A DNA stretch of 63,349 nt, the filler included, from Chiloscyllium plagiosum (lineage: Eukaryota): the NCBI RefSeq assembly GCF_004010195.1. It is 5 parts of one record of this genome, joined end to end, with 100 filler letters (N's around TTAATTAATTAA, not from the genome) between each part and the next. Parts side by side here need not be neighbours in the genome. Positions count along the whole stretch, not along the records: positions 49,726 to 60,994 come from NC_057716.1; positions 61,095 to 63,349 come from NC_057716.1; 3 more parts are not named here. One strand, 5' to 3'. Below the pieces are notes generated by a model. The model saw nothing but the letters and a program-made list of their open reading frames with translations. It made no database searches and was not told the DNA's origin. The translations under genes were made by a program, and so were the position numbers. Of the stretch, positions 51,151 through 62,718 are shown piece by piece; position 1 is the first letter of the stretch; the number at the start of each line of letters is the position of its first letter.

Positions 51151-51234
51151 AGACATGCCTCTTCTTGTTAAGACTCATTAATTCACCTTTTTAATGCTGT
51201 TAACCAAATAGGTCCTTAGACTCAGCATAAAAAG

Positions 51235-52065
51235 GAGTGGGGTCTCCCGCACCACAGTGGTAGGGCCCATGCCTCTGACCCAGGAGACCATGGTTCAATT
51301 CCTATTTACACTAGAGGTATGGAATGACATCTGTTGAACAGGTTGATTAAAAAAAAATTATAACATCACAGTGCTTGGGAAACAGAGTCATTACTGTGAC
51401 ACTCCTGTCATTTGCAATGTTTATGAGCATTGATGTGTTAAAAGGGGGGTTGGGTTAGCTCATCTGGCTGCACGATTCTTTCGCGAAGCAGAAATATGCC
51501 AAAATGGTGTGGTCCTTTTCCACACTAGTTGAGATTACCACAAAGATTCCACCTTCTCAAACTGACCTAATGTGTAGTGACCCTCAAGTTAAACTCACCA
51601 CCAGTTGTCTCTCTCATGAGAGCGTAGGACTATGATGACTTTATCTTTACCCTAAGCTCCTTTCAGCCAGTACTTTCATTCAATTAATGTTATTTTGATT
51701 TCGCAAGTTTCCATTTTTCTATATAAGTTTCTGGTAATGGTTAATTTGCATTTTTTTAAACAGGACCTCCTTAATCCAATTTGGTAAAAAGAGTAGAATG
51801 GAAGATTGGAGCCTCTTATGGTGCAGTGATAGTGTCTTTAGCTCTAAACAAGGAGGTCTGGGTTCAAATCTCACCTGCTCCAGTGATATGTAATAACATC
51901 TCTGAACTGGTTGATTAGACACTAATAGAAAGAAGGACTAGGTTGGGATCTTGTGGCAGAGGGGGAGTGCCCCTACCCTCCGGCTAGAAACTCCAGGTTC
52001 ATGTCCCATCTGTGCTGGAAATTGGTGACAACATGTAATCTATGGGAATCAGAGGTTGATTATTA
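51235..52065 (+). mobile_element. Cluster of short tRNA-derived SINE-like repeats
   Basis: Three related units of about 115 bp (51235, 51805, 51943) with A/B-box-like GGTGCAGTG..GGTTCAAATC, ending GGTTGATTA. A different repeat sits at 51445-51650. Confidence 0.55.
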
Positions 52066-53464
52066 AAAAGGGAGATTGGTGGCAGCACCCTATATAGCCA
52101 ATCAGCAGTGGTCCACAGCACATCTGATAGACAAGAATGAGGTCTAGGAGATCCCAAATTAACCTTTACTGAGGTGGTTGTTAATGAGTAAGTACCTCTT
52201 GATAGCATTGTAGATGGGACATTCTGTCAACTCACAGATAACTGAAGCGTTATAAGGGTAGTCAATCATATTCAATTAGTCCTGTCTTTTTGTGGAAAGG
52301 GCAGTTTTCAAATTTGTTGGGTATGTGCCCCTATTCTTGTTGTATTGTAAGAGCATGCACAAAGGTGGGACTAAATACAAATCTTACTTTTAACAAGATA
52401 AATAACTATTGAGCAGTTTTCAATCCAGACTTAGCAAGTAGGCTGGAAGGTGAGGTGAGGCCATATTGGGGGGAAGGAAGGTGATGGTAGCATGTGCCTT
52501 ATCTTGCTAACAGCCTCCATTTAAGACAGAAAATCCTTCTTACGTATTCTCCTCACCAATTATTAACCAATTAAGGGTCTCACTGCACTCCTACTGTTTT
52601 TCAAACTGTGCAAAGGGAGTGCACATTCTCTGCAATATAGGAGATAGTCCATTAAAAGTTGCTGTTCTCCTTCCAGGATTGAATTGTGGTCCTGTTGATT
52701 GGGTTCACTGTGGCTGCCTCTTTCAAAAGGCCCTCTTCCCTCAGTGTTGGCCCTTCTTGCACTCATGAGGAATTATCTGACGACCAGAGTGAGCCGGTTC
52801 CATTTGTATGATTTCCTCCATTGTTACTGGTACAGATTACATACAATATCAGAAATGATTACTGCTCTGATTCACTGACAGCACTTGGAGGTGGAGTTGC
52901 CCTCTTAAAGGTACAGATTCTCGGATTCAATGTAATGAACTGCCTAACAGCCTTAGAGTTGTGTCAGGGTTTGTAGAAACAGCTACAGCAGGGTTCTCAT
53001 CAACTTGCTGGCTGATATATGAGCCCACCATTACTGCCATTGTATACAGATTATTGTATCTGCATTACTTCTATTACACTTTCCCTTATCTGTTTGTCAC
53101 CAGCAGCTTCACAAGAAGAATCAAATTCAATTTTGAATCAAATAAATTCTTTGATAATTGAGTACATCTGTGAATTGGAAAAGACAAGTATTTCTTCAAT
53201 CAGAGGAACAGCAGAGAGCAATCAATCCATGGAATCAGAAAATCATATTGTGCAACAGGATGCGATTCAACCCACTGTGTCTGTATGTACTCTTTGAATG
53301 TGTGATCCAATTAATCTTGCTTTTAGCACACAGTCTGTGCGTGAAGGCACAAACGTTTTGATTTGTGGTCAGGTTTTTCAGCATTTTTGACAGCCAGTCC
53401 ATGATTATCCACCACTCCCCTCCCCTTTCAGTTTAGTGTTGAAGAATTATAGGCTGAAGAATGC

Positions 53465-54270
53465 CATGCAGAGCCTTTGGCTTTGATCTTTATGTTGTTA
53501 TTGTCTACAGGAATAGTGCCAGAAGACTGGAGGATAGCAAATGTTGTCCCCTTGTTCAAGAAGGGGAATAGAGACAACCCAGGTAATTGTAGACCAGTGA
53601 GTGTTACTTCGGTATTGGGTAAAGTGTTGGACAGGATTATAAGAGACAGGATTTATAATCATCTAGAAAGGAATAATTTGATTAGGGATAGTCAACACAG
53701 TTTTGTGAAGAGTAGGTCATGTCTCACAAACCTTATTGAGTTATTTGAAAAGGTGAACAAACAGGTGGATGAGGGTAAAGCAGTTGATGTTGTGTATATG
53801 GATTTCAGTAAAGCATTTGATAAAGTTCCCCATGGCAGGCTGTTGAAGAAAATATGGAGGCATGGAATTGATGTTGATTTAGTAGTTTGGATCAGAAATT
53901 GGCGAGTTGTAAGAAGACAGGGCGACAGTTGATGGGAAATGTGCATCCTGGAGTTCAGTTACTAGTTGGGTACTGCAAGGATCTGTTTTGGACCACTGCA
54001 GTTTGTCATTATTAGAAATGACCTAGATGAGAGTATAGAAAGATGGGTCAGTAAATCTGCGGATGACACTAAATTTGGTGGAATTGTGAACAATGCAGAA
54101 GGATGTTGCAGGTTACAGAGGGACATGGACGTGCTGCAGAGCTGAGCTGAGAGGCGGCAAATGGAGTTTAATGCAGAAAAAAGTGTGAGGTGATTTACTT
54201 TGGAAGGAGTAACAGAAATGCAGAGTATTGGGCTCATGGTAAGATTCTTGTGATTGTGTATGAGCAGAGA
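53465..54270 (+). mobile_element. CR1 RT fragment
   Basis: VPEDWRIANVVPLFKKG..RPVSVTSVLGK..SCLTNL..VDVVYMDFSKAFDKVPH. Confidence 0.92.
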
Positions 54271-54900
54271 GAGGAGACCACATCGGGAGCAACAGATCAC
54301 ATCGGGGAGCTCTCGATGTGTTCTCCTTCACGTTTTGGAACGTTTCAGAGAACATCTCTGGGACACACACACAAAACAAGCCCACTGCTTGGTAGTCAAA
54401 CACATTAACTCCTCCTCCCACTCCACCAAGGACATGGAAGTCCTGGGCCTCCCCTCCTGCCAAATTCTAACCACTCGATGCCTGGAGCAAGAATGCCTCA
54501 TATTGCGCCTTCGGACCCTGCAACCACACAGGATCAATGTGGACTTCACCAGTTTCCTCATTTCCCCTCACCCCACCTTATCCCAGGTCCAACCTTCCAA
54601 CTCGGCCTCATCCGCTTCAACTGTCTTACCTGTTCATCTTCCTTCTGCTTCACCCTGTCTCCGATCTATCAACTTCACCCCCATCTTCATCTACCTGTCA
54701 CATTCCCAGCTACCTTCCTCCCAGCCCCACTCCCCTCCCATTTATCTCTCAGCCCCCTTGGTCCACAAGCCTCATTCCTGATGAAGGGCTTATACCCAAA
54801 ATGTTGATTCTCCTGCTCCTCGGATGCTGCCTGACCTGCTATGCTTTTCCAGCACCAAACTCTTTGACTGTGATCTCCAGCATCTGCATTACTTACTTTC
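54271..54900 (+). mobile_element. PLE 3' end (GIY-YIG tail plus terminal repeat with decayed HHR near 54778)
   Basis: ERFREHLWDT..HINSSSHSTKDMEVLGL..LEQECLILRLRTLQPHRINVDF, then CTGATGA-A-GGGC-TTAT-ACCC-AAAA. Confidence 0.85.
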
Positions 54901-55540
54901 TCTTAACGGAGTAAAGTATGTAAACAAAATGCCAAGTAATGACCAACTTCAACAAGAGAGAAGTGAACCAGCTACTCTTAACATTCAATGCAATTATCCA
55001 CTGGTAAATCCCCCACCATCAACATCCTAGGATTATCAGTGATTGAAAATTCAAATGGATTAATTAGAAAAGTGTTGTGACTACAATGCCAGGTCAGACT
55101 TTGGGACTTTAATCATGACAGTTTAATATACGGATTTACCAAAGCCTTTCCACCATTTACAAGGAGCATGTCGGGAGTACAAAGGAATATTCACTCTTTG
55201 TCTGTTCAGCTCCAGCAATCAAGAAATTCAACATCATTCGAGAGAAAGAATTTGGCTTATTTGGGACGCTCACTGAAATATCGGTGGGCAATGTGACATA
55301 TGCAGATTGCACTGCAGCAACCCATCATGGTTCCCTTAACAGTATTTGTCAAACCAATGACCTCTACCACCCAGAACAACAAGGAGAGCAGATGTTTGGG
55401 AGCACTTCCTGTAAGCTTTCCAAATCATACACATTCTTCACTTGGAAATATTCCATTCCTTCACTATCATTTGGTCAAATTCCTTGAACTCCCTTGCTAA
55501 TAGCAAAGCAGGTGTACCTCATCGCATTGGTTGCAGAGTG

Positions 55541-55762
55541 GTGATTTGGAGATGCAGGTGGGGTGTACAAAATTAAAAACCACACAACACCAGGTTATAG
55601 TCCAAAAGGTTTATTTGGAAACACTTGCTTTCGGAGCGCAGCTCTTCATCAGGTGGTTGACATCAGGTTGACAACGGCCTGACGAAGGAGCAGTGCTCGG
55701 AATGCTAGTGCTTCCAAATAAACCTGTTGGACTATGACCTGATGTTGTGTGATTTTTAACTT
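55541..55762. mobile_element. Family-C fold-back element with two decayed HHRs, nested in an old LINE 3' end
   Basis: Inverted arms as at 61479. Imperfect TSD TTG(G/A)TTGCAGAG. Confidence 0.8.
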
Positions 55763-57196
55763 GATTGCAGAGGTTTAAGAAGGGCAATTAGGAATGAGTA
55801 GTAAATGTTAGCCCTGACAGTGGCATTAACATCCAATGAACAATTATTTTCAACAAAACTAGCTGAGTATAGTAGACACTGTGCAATGATTAATAATACT
55901 CCTTCAGAAATAAACTAGTGTGGTATTTATCTTGGTTTTGAATGACTCAATAATTAACCTCAAGGTTTCAGAGGACAAAATTACTGCTTGCAGCGAGAAC
56001 AGCAGCATTAACAATCTGATAATCAGTTGAGTACTGGAATAAGAAGTTCAAGTGGCTAGAACTGTGCATGCTTTTACTAAACATTAGTTTTTTTAAGCCG
56101 ATCCAAGGAGAAGCCTATAATGTCATTCCCAGGGCTGACCTTATTAATTAAATGGAGAGGTTTCATCTGAATGATTGCTTTTTACAGGTATAGTTGAAAC
56201 TTGTAAAATCATAAACTTCTTCGATCTGTACATGTGAATGGTGATTTATTAGTATGGATTTTATTCTTATTAAACAATAAGTTGTTCATAAAATCCTATT
56301 CTCTGAAGTTCAGTGTTAAATTCCCAAAATGCATTTTATCACAAAACAATTATTTATGTCTGGCAAAGTAGAATCACAGAAATCAGTTAAAAAAGTAATT
56401 TTTAATTTTACAATGGATTTCTTTTCATTAAAAAAATGTTGCTAATATATCCTTGAGTGTTTAAAGTGTCTCATTACTTTAAAATATAAAATTTCCTACC
56501 CAAGTAAATCCATGAGCATTTATAACAGGATAGTAAAATTAGACTGTAATATTCATCTGTACTTCATTTCAGAGATTGGCAGAGACTGTATTAAATAGTT
56601 TAGAAAGAAATTATGTGAGCCATGAAATGTTGCGCATTCAGTTCAATTTGTAATAGCAGATGCAGAAAATAATCTGCTTTCACTAATTTTACATCAAAAT
56701 TTGAAGTCAAAGCACAGGATCTTTAAGTGCTAGTGGGAGATTTGCAATACACCAAGGACTACAGTAAATTAAGAAAGTATTTCATCACCTCCCTCTTCAG
56801 GGAAATTTGGGAATAATGCTGATTTACCCAGGGGCGTCGACTTTTCAATCGCAGGATGTGGGTGTTGCTGGCTGGGCCAACAGTTTTTGTCAATCCCTAA
56901 TTGCCCAAGGAATGATTAAGAGTCAGTCACAATCCTGTGGGTTTAGAGATATATGTAGGCAAGACAAGGTAAAGATGGATGATTTTCCTCCACAAAGCTT
57001 TTACTGCACGGATGGATTTGTACATTATTGTACCTTAGTTATACGGTTCCCATTAGACTAAAATTAAATCCAGATGGTTATTTAATTCAAATGTCATCAT
57101 CAGCCCTTTTGGGATCACTAATATATTTTGGACTGTTATTTTAAAATCACAGGTTTAAGGGGTGAAATTTGTTTTCAGCAGAAACACAAAAGAATG

Positions 57197-57540
57197 GGCA
57201 GCATGGTGGCAGAGTGGTTAGCACTGCGATGGCTCAGTGGCTAGTAGTGTTGCCTCATAGTACCAGGGACTGGGGCTCGATTCCACCGTCAGGTGACTGT
57301 CTCTGTCGGAGTGGGTTTCCTCCAGGTTCTCTGGTTTCCTCACACAGTCTACAAATATGAAGATTAAGTGAATTGTACATTTAGTCCAGGGACATACAGA
57401 CCACATGGATTTGCCATGGGGAACACAGGCTGATTGGGGTAGTGTATGGCGGTGGATCTAAGTGGGAGGCTCTTCCTAGGGGTTGGTATGAACCTGATGG
57501 GTTGAATGGCCTGCTTCCACACCATAGGGAGTCTGTAATT
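57197..57540 (+). mobile_element. V-SINE, degenerate
   Basis: Duplicated tRNA-like head and partial V core. Confidence 0.7.
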
Positions 57541-58291
57541 GATGGTGAATTAACAACTTCAACAGTAAAACCATGTCAGACTAAATATAAAAAAAAGCCA
57601 GATGATTCTGAACCACAGCATTGTGCTGCTGGTAAAGACTAATCCCACTTTACTCCCTAAAATTGCTGTTAACCCTTCATCAATTCATGATTCACTGCTG
57701 TTTGGGAAGGATTTTTCCAGACTGACAGGTTCTCAATTTTATGTGTCAGCACAGCAGAAACCAGCACGCCTTCCTTTCTCTTTGCTTCTGAAATTAGGTT
57801 GATATTTTGAAGTTTGATGAATGAATGCCAGATGAAAATGACATATAGAATGTATTTACATTGATGTTAGATCAATGGGTAAAAGTTACTCTTACATTTG
57901 GCTTGTACATATTCATTTCTAGTGCATACTTATTATGTCGAGATAACAGCTGGTATTTGTCCATTGCTCAATGTGGCACATGATGCACATGACCATTATT
58001 TTTAATTGTAGCTTTTCTCACTCATCATTAAGAAGAAATATTCAAAAATCTTGCATATTAAGGAGACAGCTGCCACATTCATTGAAATTCATGCCTTTGA
58101 ATAAATTATGATAAATAACTGAGGGAAAAAATCAGCTCATAGTCATCTGGGTTTGCAACTGACTAAATGTAGGGAAAAAATATTTTCCAACACAGACCCT
58201 GCTGTAGAAATCCAATAAACACTATAGTAAACAGATCAAAATGACTCAGAGTGCTTCTCAGTGCAGTGTCTTATTTAAAAAGCTTGAAATT

Positions 58292-59108
58292 CATAGAGCC
58301 ACAGAAATGTAGAACTCAGAAATAGACTGTTCAGTCTAACTTTTTCATGCTAAGCAGATATTCCAAATTAATCTAGTCCTATTTGCCAGCATTCGGCCCA
58401 TATCCCTCAAATCTTTTTTATTCATATACCCATCTAGATGTCTGTTGTAGTTGTACCAGCCTCCACCACCTCCTCTGTGTAACTCATTCCATAATATGCA
58501 CCACCTCTGTCTGAAAATGTTGCCCCTCAGGTCTCTTTTAAACCTTTCCCCTCTCATCTGAAACCTAAGACTTCTAGTTTTGGACCCATCCACCCTTGAC
58601 TATTCATCCTATCCATACCCCTTATGATTTTCCAAATTTCTAGAAGGTCACTCCTCGTCATCCAATACATCAGGGAAAGTAGCCCCAGCTTATTCAGCTC
58701 TTCTGATAGCTCAAATATTCCAAACCTGGCAACATTCTTGGAACTCAAGTTTCACAACATGCTTCTTATAGGAGGGAGATGAGAACTGAATGTAGTATTC
58801 CAAAAGTGGTTAAATCAATGTCGTGTCCAGCCACAACATGACCTCCGAATTCCCACACTCAATACATTGGCCAATAAAGGCAAGCATATCAAACTCCTTC
58901 TTCACTACCCTATCTGTGACTACTTTCAAGGAACTATGAACCTGCACTCAAAGGTCTCTTTGTTCAGCAACACTCCCCAGGATCTTATGATGAAGTGTAT
59001 AAATCTTGCCCTAATCTGCCTTACCAAAGTACAACACATCCCATTTATCTAAATTAAACTCCATCTGCCACTCATTTACCCATCTGATCAAGGTCCTATT
59101 GTACTCTA
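58292..59108 (-). mobile_element. CR1 3' part, degenerate
   Basis: Collinear with 34425-35269. Confidence 0.82.
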
Positions 59109-59177
59109 AAACTGCTAATTTGAAACTGCTTGATTTTACATGCTTGTATTCAGTGTTGGGAGGACCATCTGTTTTGA

Positions 59178-60650
59178 GGTAATCCAAGATGGAGTACAGG
59201 AAAAATTTCTGGCTGTAACAGCTGCTCCTTTTTTGAGGTATTTTAGGTGTTGGAGGTGATTTCCTTAAATTTCAGGAGCAGCAATTACTGTTTTATGTGC
59301 TGTTGCATTGTTTTGGAACTTTGGGAAAAAAAAGTCAAAACAACAGCAGTTTTCAAAGGGAGAAAAACAGACAAAGGAAGCACGTGGTGAGGTCATTGCA
59401 GGAGAGAGAGAGAAAGTGATCCTGCACAGTTATTGCCTTTGCTGTTTGAATTCATGTATCGCTGGACATCGGAGTGCATCTGGGAAAATTAACAAACAGT
59501 AAAATTCACAACTGATTAGATTATTTACAGTGTGGAAACAGGCCCTTCGGTCCAACAAGTCCACACCGCCCCGCCGAAGCGCAACCCACCCATACCCTTA
59601 CATTTACCCCTTACATTTACCCCTTACCTAAAACTACGGGCAATTTAGTATGGCCAATTCACCTGACCTGCACATCTTTGGACTGTGGGAGGAAACCGGA
59701 GCACCCGGAGGAAACCCACGCAGACACGGGGAGAACGTGCAAACTCCACACAGTCAGTCGCCTGAGGCGGGAATTGAACCCGGGTCTCTGGCGCTGTGAG
59801 GCAGCAGTGCTAACCACTGTGCCACCGTGCCACCCACTATGATCTTGGAGAAACTGTTGGGCGAAGTTCACGGCACAGAAACAGATAAGTTAATCGTTGT
59901 TTTAAGTGTAGCCTGCAGAGAATCTGCAGTAGTGAGAAGAGCGGGTTCTTTCTTGATTATATGTTTTTGGAGATATGTCTCTTGAGGAAACTTAAAATAT
60001 AAGCCATAACTATTATTTTAACCTGGGGCAGTATTTGTAGAGGAATAAGATGGTGTTATTTTCTGGGTCTGTAGATTGTGAAGGAGCAAAAATGGCCTTT
60101 AATATGTGCTTCTTGTCTGATGTGGGAGTTTAAAGAGAGTTTAAGGATTACTGCGGATTATATCTGCAATAAATACTGTTGGATGTGAATCTTATCAGAT
60201 CGAATGGATTAGATGGAGACCAGTGAGCCTGACATCAGTGGTGGGCAAGTTGTTGGAGGGAATCCTGAGGGACAGGATGTACACGTATTTGGAAAGGCAA
60301 GGACTGATTACGAATAGTCAACATAGCTTTGTGCATGGGAAATCATGTCTCACAAACTTCATTGAGTTTTTTGAAGAAGTAACAAAGAGGATTGATGAGG
60401 GCAGACCAATAGATGTGATCTATATGGACTTCAGTAAGGCGTTCGACAAGGTTCCCCATGGGAGACTGATTAGCAAGGTTAGATCTCATGGAATACAGGG
60501 AGAACTAGCCATTTGGATACAGAACTGGCTCAAAGGTAGAAGACAGAGGATGGTGGTGGAGGGTTGTTTTTCACACTGGAGGCCTGTGACCAGTGGAGTG
60601 CCACAAGGATTGGTGCTGAGTCTCTACTTTTTGTCATTTATAATAATAAT
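59178..60650 (+). mobile_element. CR1 5' UTR and ORF1 start, fused by internal deletion (near 60215) to RT
   Basis: 59178-60210 matches the reverse complement of about 36870-37577. Then SLTSVVGKLLE..MDFSKAFDKVPH..SGVPQG. Confidence 0.85.
59517..59836 (-). mobile_element. Young V-SINE (HE1-like) nested in the CR1 5' UTR
   Basis: Full head, V core and tail with CpGs retained. CR1 UTR sequence resumes on both sides. Confidence 0.92.
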
Positions 60651-60651
60651 T

Positions 60652-60994
60652 TGAACATAGAAAAATACAGCGCAGTACAGGCCCTTTGGCCCTCGATGTT
60701 GCGCCGATCCAAGCCAACCTAACCTACACTAGCCCACTATCCTCCATATGCCTATCCAATGCCCGTTTAAATGCCCATAAAGAGGGGGAGTCCACCACTG
60801 CTACTGGCAGGGCATTCCATGAACTCACGACTCGCTGAGTAAAGAATCTACCCCTAACATCTGTCCTATACCTACCACCCCCTAATTTAAAGCTATGCCC
60901 CCTCGTAATAGCTGACTCCATACATGGAAAAAGGTTCTCATGGTCAACCCTAACTAAACCCCTAATCATCTTGTACACCTCTACCAAGTCACCC
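60652..60994 (-). mobile_element. Young CR1 3' end
   Basis: Near-identical to 24720-25070. Confidence 0.9.
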
Positions 60995-61094
60995 NNNNNN
61001 NNNNNNNNNNNNNNNNNNNNNNNNNNNNNNNNNNNNNNTTAATTAATTAANNNNNNNNNNNNNNNNNNNNNNNNNNNNNNNNNNNNNNNNNNNN
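60995..61094. other. Assembly gap with TTAATTAATTAA spacer
   Basis: 44 N + spacer + 44 N. Confidence 0.98.
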
Positions 61095-61430
61095 GACTGG
61101 GACAACACTATCATTATAGGGCAAGCCAAACAAAGAACAGCCAGGGAATTCCTAGAAGCATGGCACTCATTCACAAACTCCATCAACAAACACATCGACC
61201 TGGACCCAATATACCGGCCACTACAGCGGACAGCTGAAACTGACAACCGGAAGCGGCAGGGACAGGACACTATAAATGCCGGAGGAAACACCACAGAAGC
61301 GCTTCACAGGAGGCTCCCAAGCACTGAGGATGTCACCGAGACAGGGGACGAAACGTTTGCAACAAAAACTTCCAGCTCGGCGAACAGAACCACAACAACG
61401 AGGACCCGAGCTACAAATCTTCTCACAAAC
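61095..61430 (+). mobile_element. 3' end of a second PLE group (Penelope/Poseidon-type GIY-YIG tail plus terminal repeat)
   Basis: DWDNTIIIGQAKQRTAREFLEAWHS..SINKHIDLDPIY. Confidence 0.8.
61321..61360 (+). ncRNA. Minimal type-I hammerhead motif (family D)
   Basis: gca-CUGAGGA-u-GUCACC-gagaca-GGGGAC-GAAA-C-GUU-ugc. Stem I is gca/ugc; stem II has one mismatch. Confidence 0.75.
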
Positions 61431-61478
61431 CTTGGGTTCTACAATGCTAAGCAATGTAACTGTTCCAAGCTGTAATTG

Positions 61479-61696
61479 TGATTTGGAGGTGCTGGTGTTG
61501 GACTGGGGTGTACAAAGTTAAAAATCACACAGCACCAGGTTATAGTCCAACAGGTTTAATTGGAAGCACTAGCTTTTGGAGCTCTGCTCCTTCATCAGGT
61601 GGTTGTCCATCACCACCTGATGAAGGAGCAGCGCTCCGAAAGCTAGTGCTTCCAAATAAACTTGTTGGACTATAACCTGGTGTTGTGTGATTTTTA
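61479..61696. mobile_element. Family-C fold-back element with two opposed HHRs, 12-bp TSD
   Basis: AAGCTGTAATTG at 61467-61478 and 61697-61708. Inverted arms of about 85 bp. Confidence 0.9.
61614..61648 (+). ncRNA. Minimal type-I hammerhead motif (family C), intact core
   Basis: cac-CUGAUGA-a-GGAGC-agc-GCUCC-GAAA-G-CUA-gug. 3-bp stem I, 5-bp stem II, palindromic stem III AGCU, CUA triplet. Confidence 0.82.
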
Positions 61697-62718
61697 AAGC
61701 TGTAATTGGACTTTCTAGGATGGGCACTCTCCTGGATACTGGCCTATAAGTTCTCTTACTCAATTTTGGTTGAGTGGGACTCTTTTGCTGTCTTGAGACT
61801 GTATTCTGGTAGCAACTACAGTGGTTTGTCAGTCTGTTACCTGAAGAAAATCGTAACTGTTTGGCTGAGGCTTGGCTTTGTTTAAGGGTTTTGCTGCAGG
61901 CCAACCTAGCGTCCCTCTGTTCAGGATATGTCCTGAGTGATACTATGCAATTGCCTTCACTCCAGTGGCATTCCCCAAACTCTGTCGGACTGGTGAGGGT
62001 GTTCACTTCCATTGGAATACCCTACAACTGACATGCTCCATTTGCTGCATTTCCCAATGATAAAGCCAATTGTACTGCCTGTTTGAAGACCAGTTGGGCT
62101 TCCGTTAGTAGGCACTTTTGCATGGTTACATCATTAATCCATGTTCAAAACGGTCTCTCAGCATCTCATTAAAGGTTAAATCAAAGTCACATGTCTCTGC
62201 CCGTCAGCTTAACCAAGTCAAAAAACTCTTCTTGGTCCTCGAATTGCCGAGTAAAACTGATAACGTCTCAGAATTAGAGGAGGCTTGGGGTCATAATATT
62301 CCTTAACTAAATCCATCAACTCGCGAAAGGTTTCAGTATCTGGAGCCTTAGGGAAACTTAGGCTCCTAATAACTGAAAAAGCCAAGGGTCCACAAGCTGT
62401 TTGGAGAATTACTTGTTGCTTTTCATCTGCCCCAAAGTCATTTGCCTAGAAAAAGTAACACTTTCTTTCCACATACTGGGCCCAGTCTTCGACGTCACGA
62501 TTGAATGAGCGAAGCTTTCCAATGACGACATGATGTCTGCAATGCTTATTCCAACTTGAAGACGACTGTTGCAAGTGAATTACTTGTGGAGCATGCATTT
62601 GTCTTGCCGCCACTGAAATATCTCCCCAGGGGCCAGTATCCCGTCACCAAGTCGCCCTTTATTTACCCGTGGAGAGTCCTTGACACTGATCCAGCTGTCA
62701 GAGTGAACAGAACCTCTG

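Noticed and set aside
50080..51156. 358-aa mucin-like host protein
   Set aside because: Continuous with Penelope ORF motifs (SVLSKGLTFIP, FFRRLR) and the PLE RT start.
46407..51169. TCTTCTTGTT at 46407 and 51160 as the ERV target-site duplication
   Set aside because: No 5' LTR precedes the right copy, the match overlaps the proposed LTR end, and a gap intervenes.
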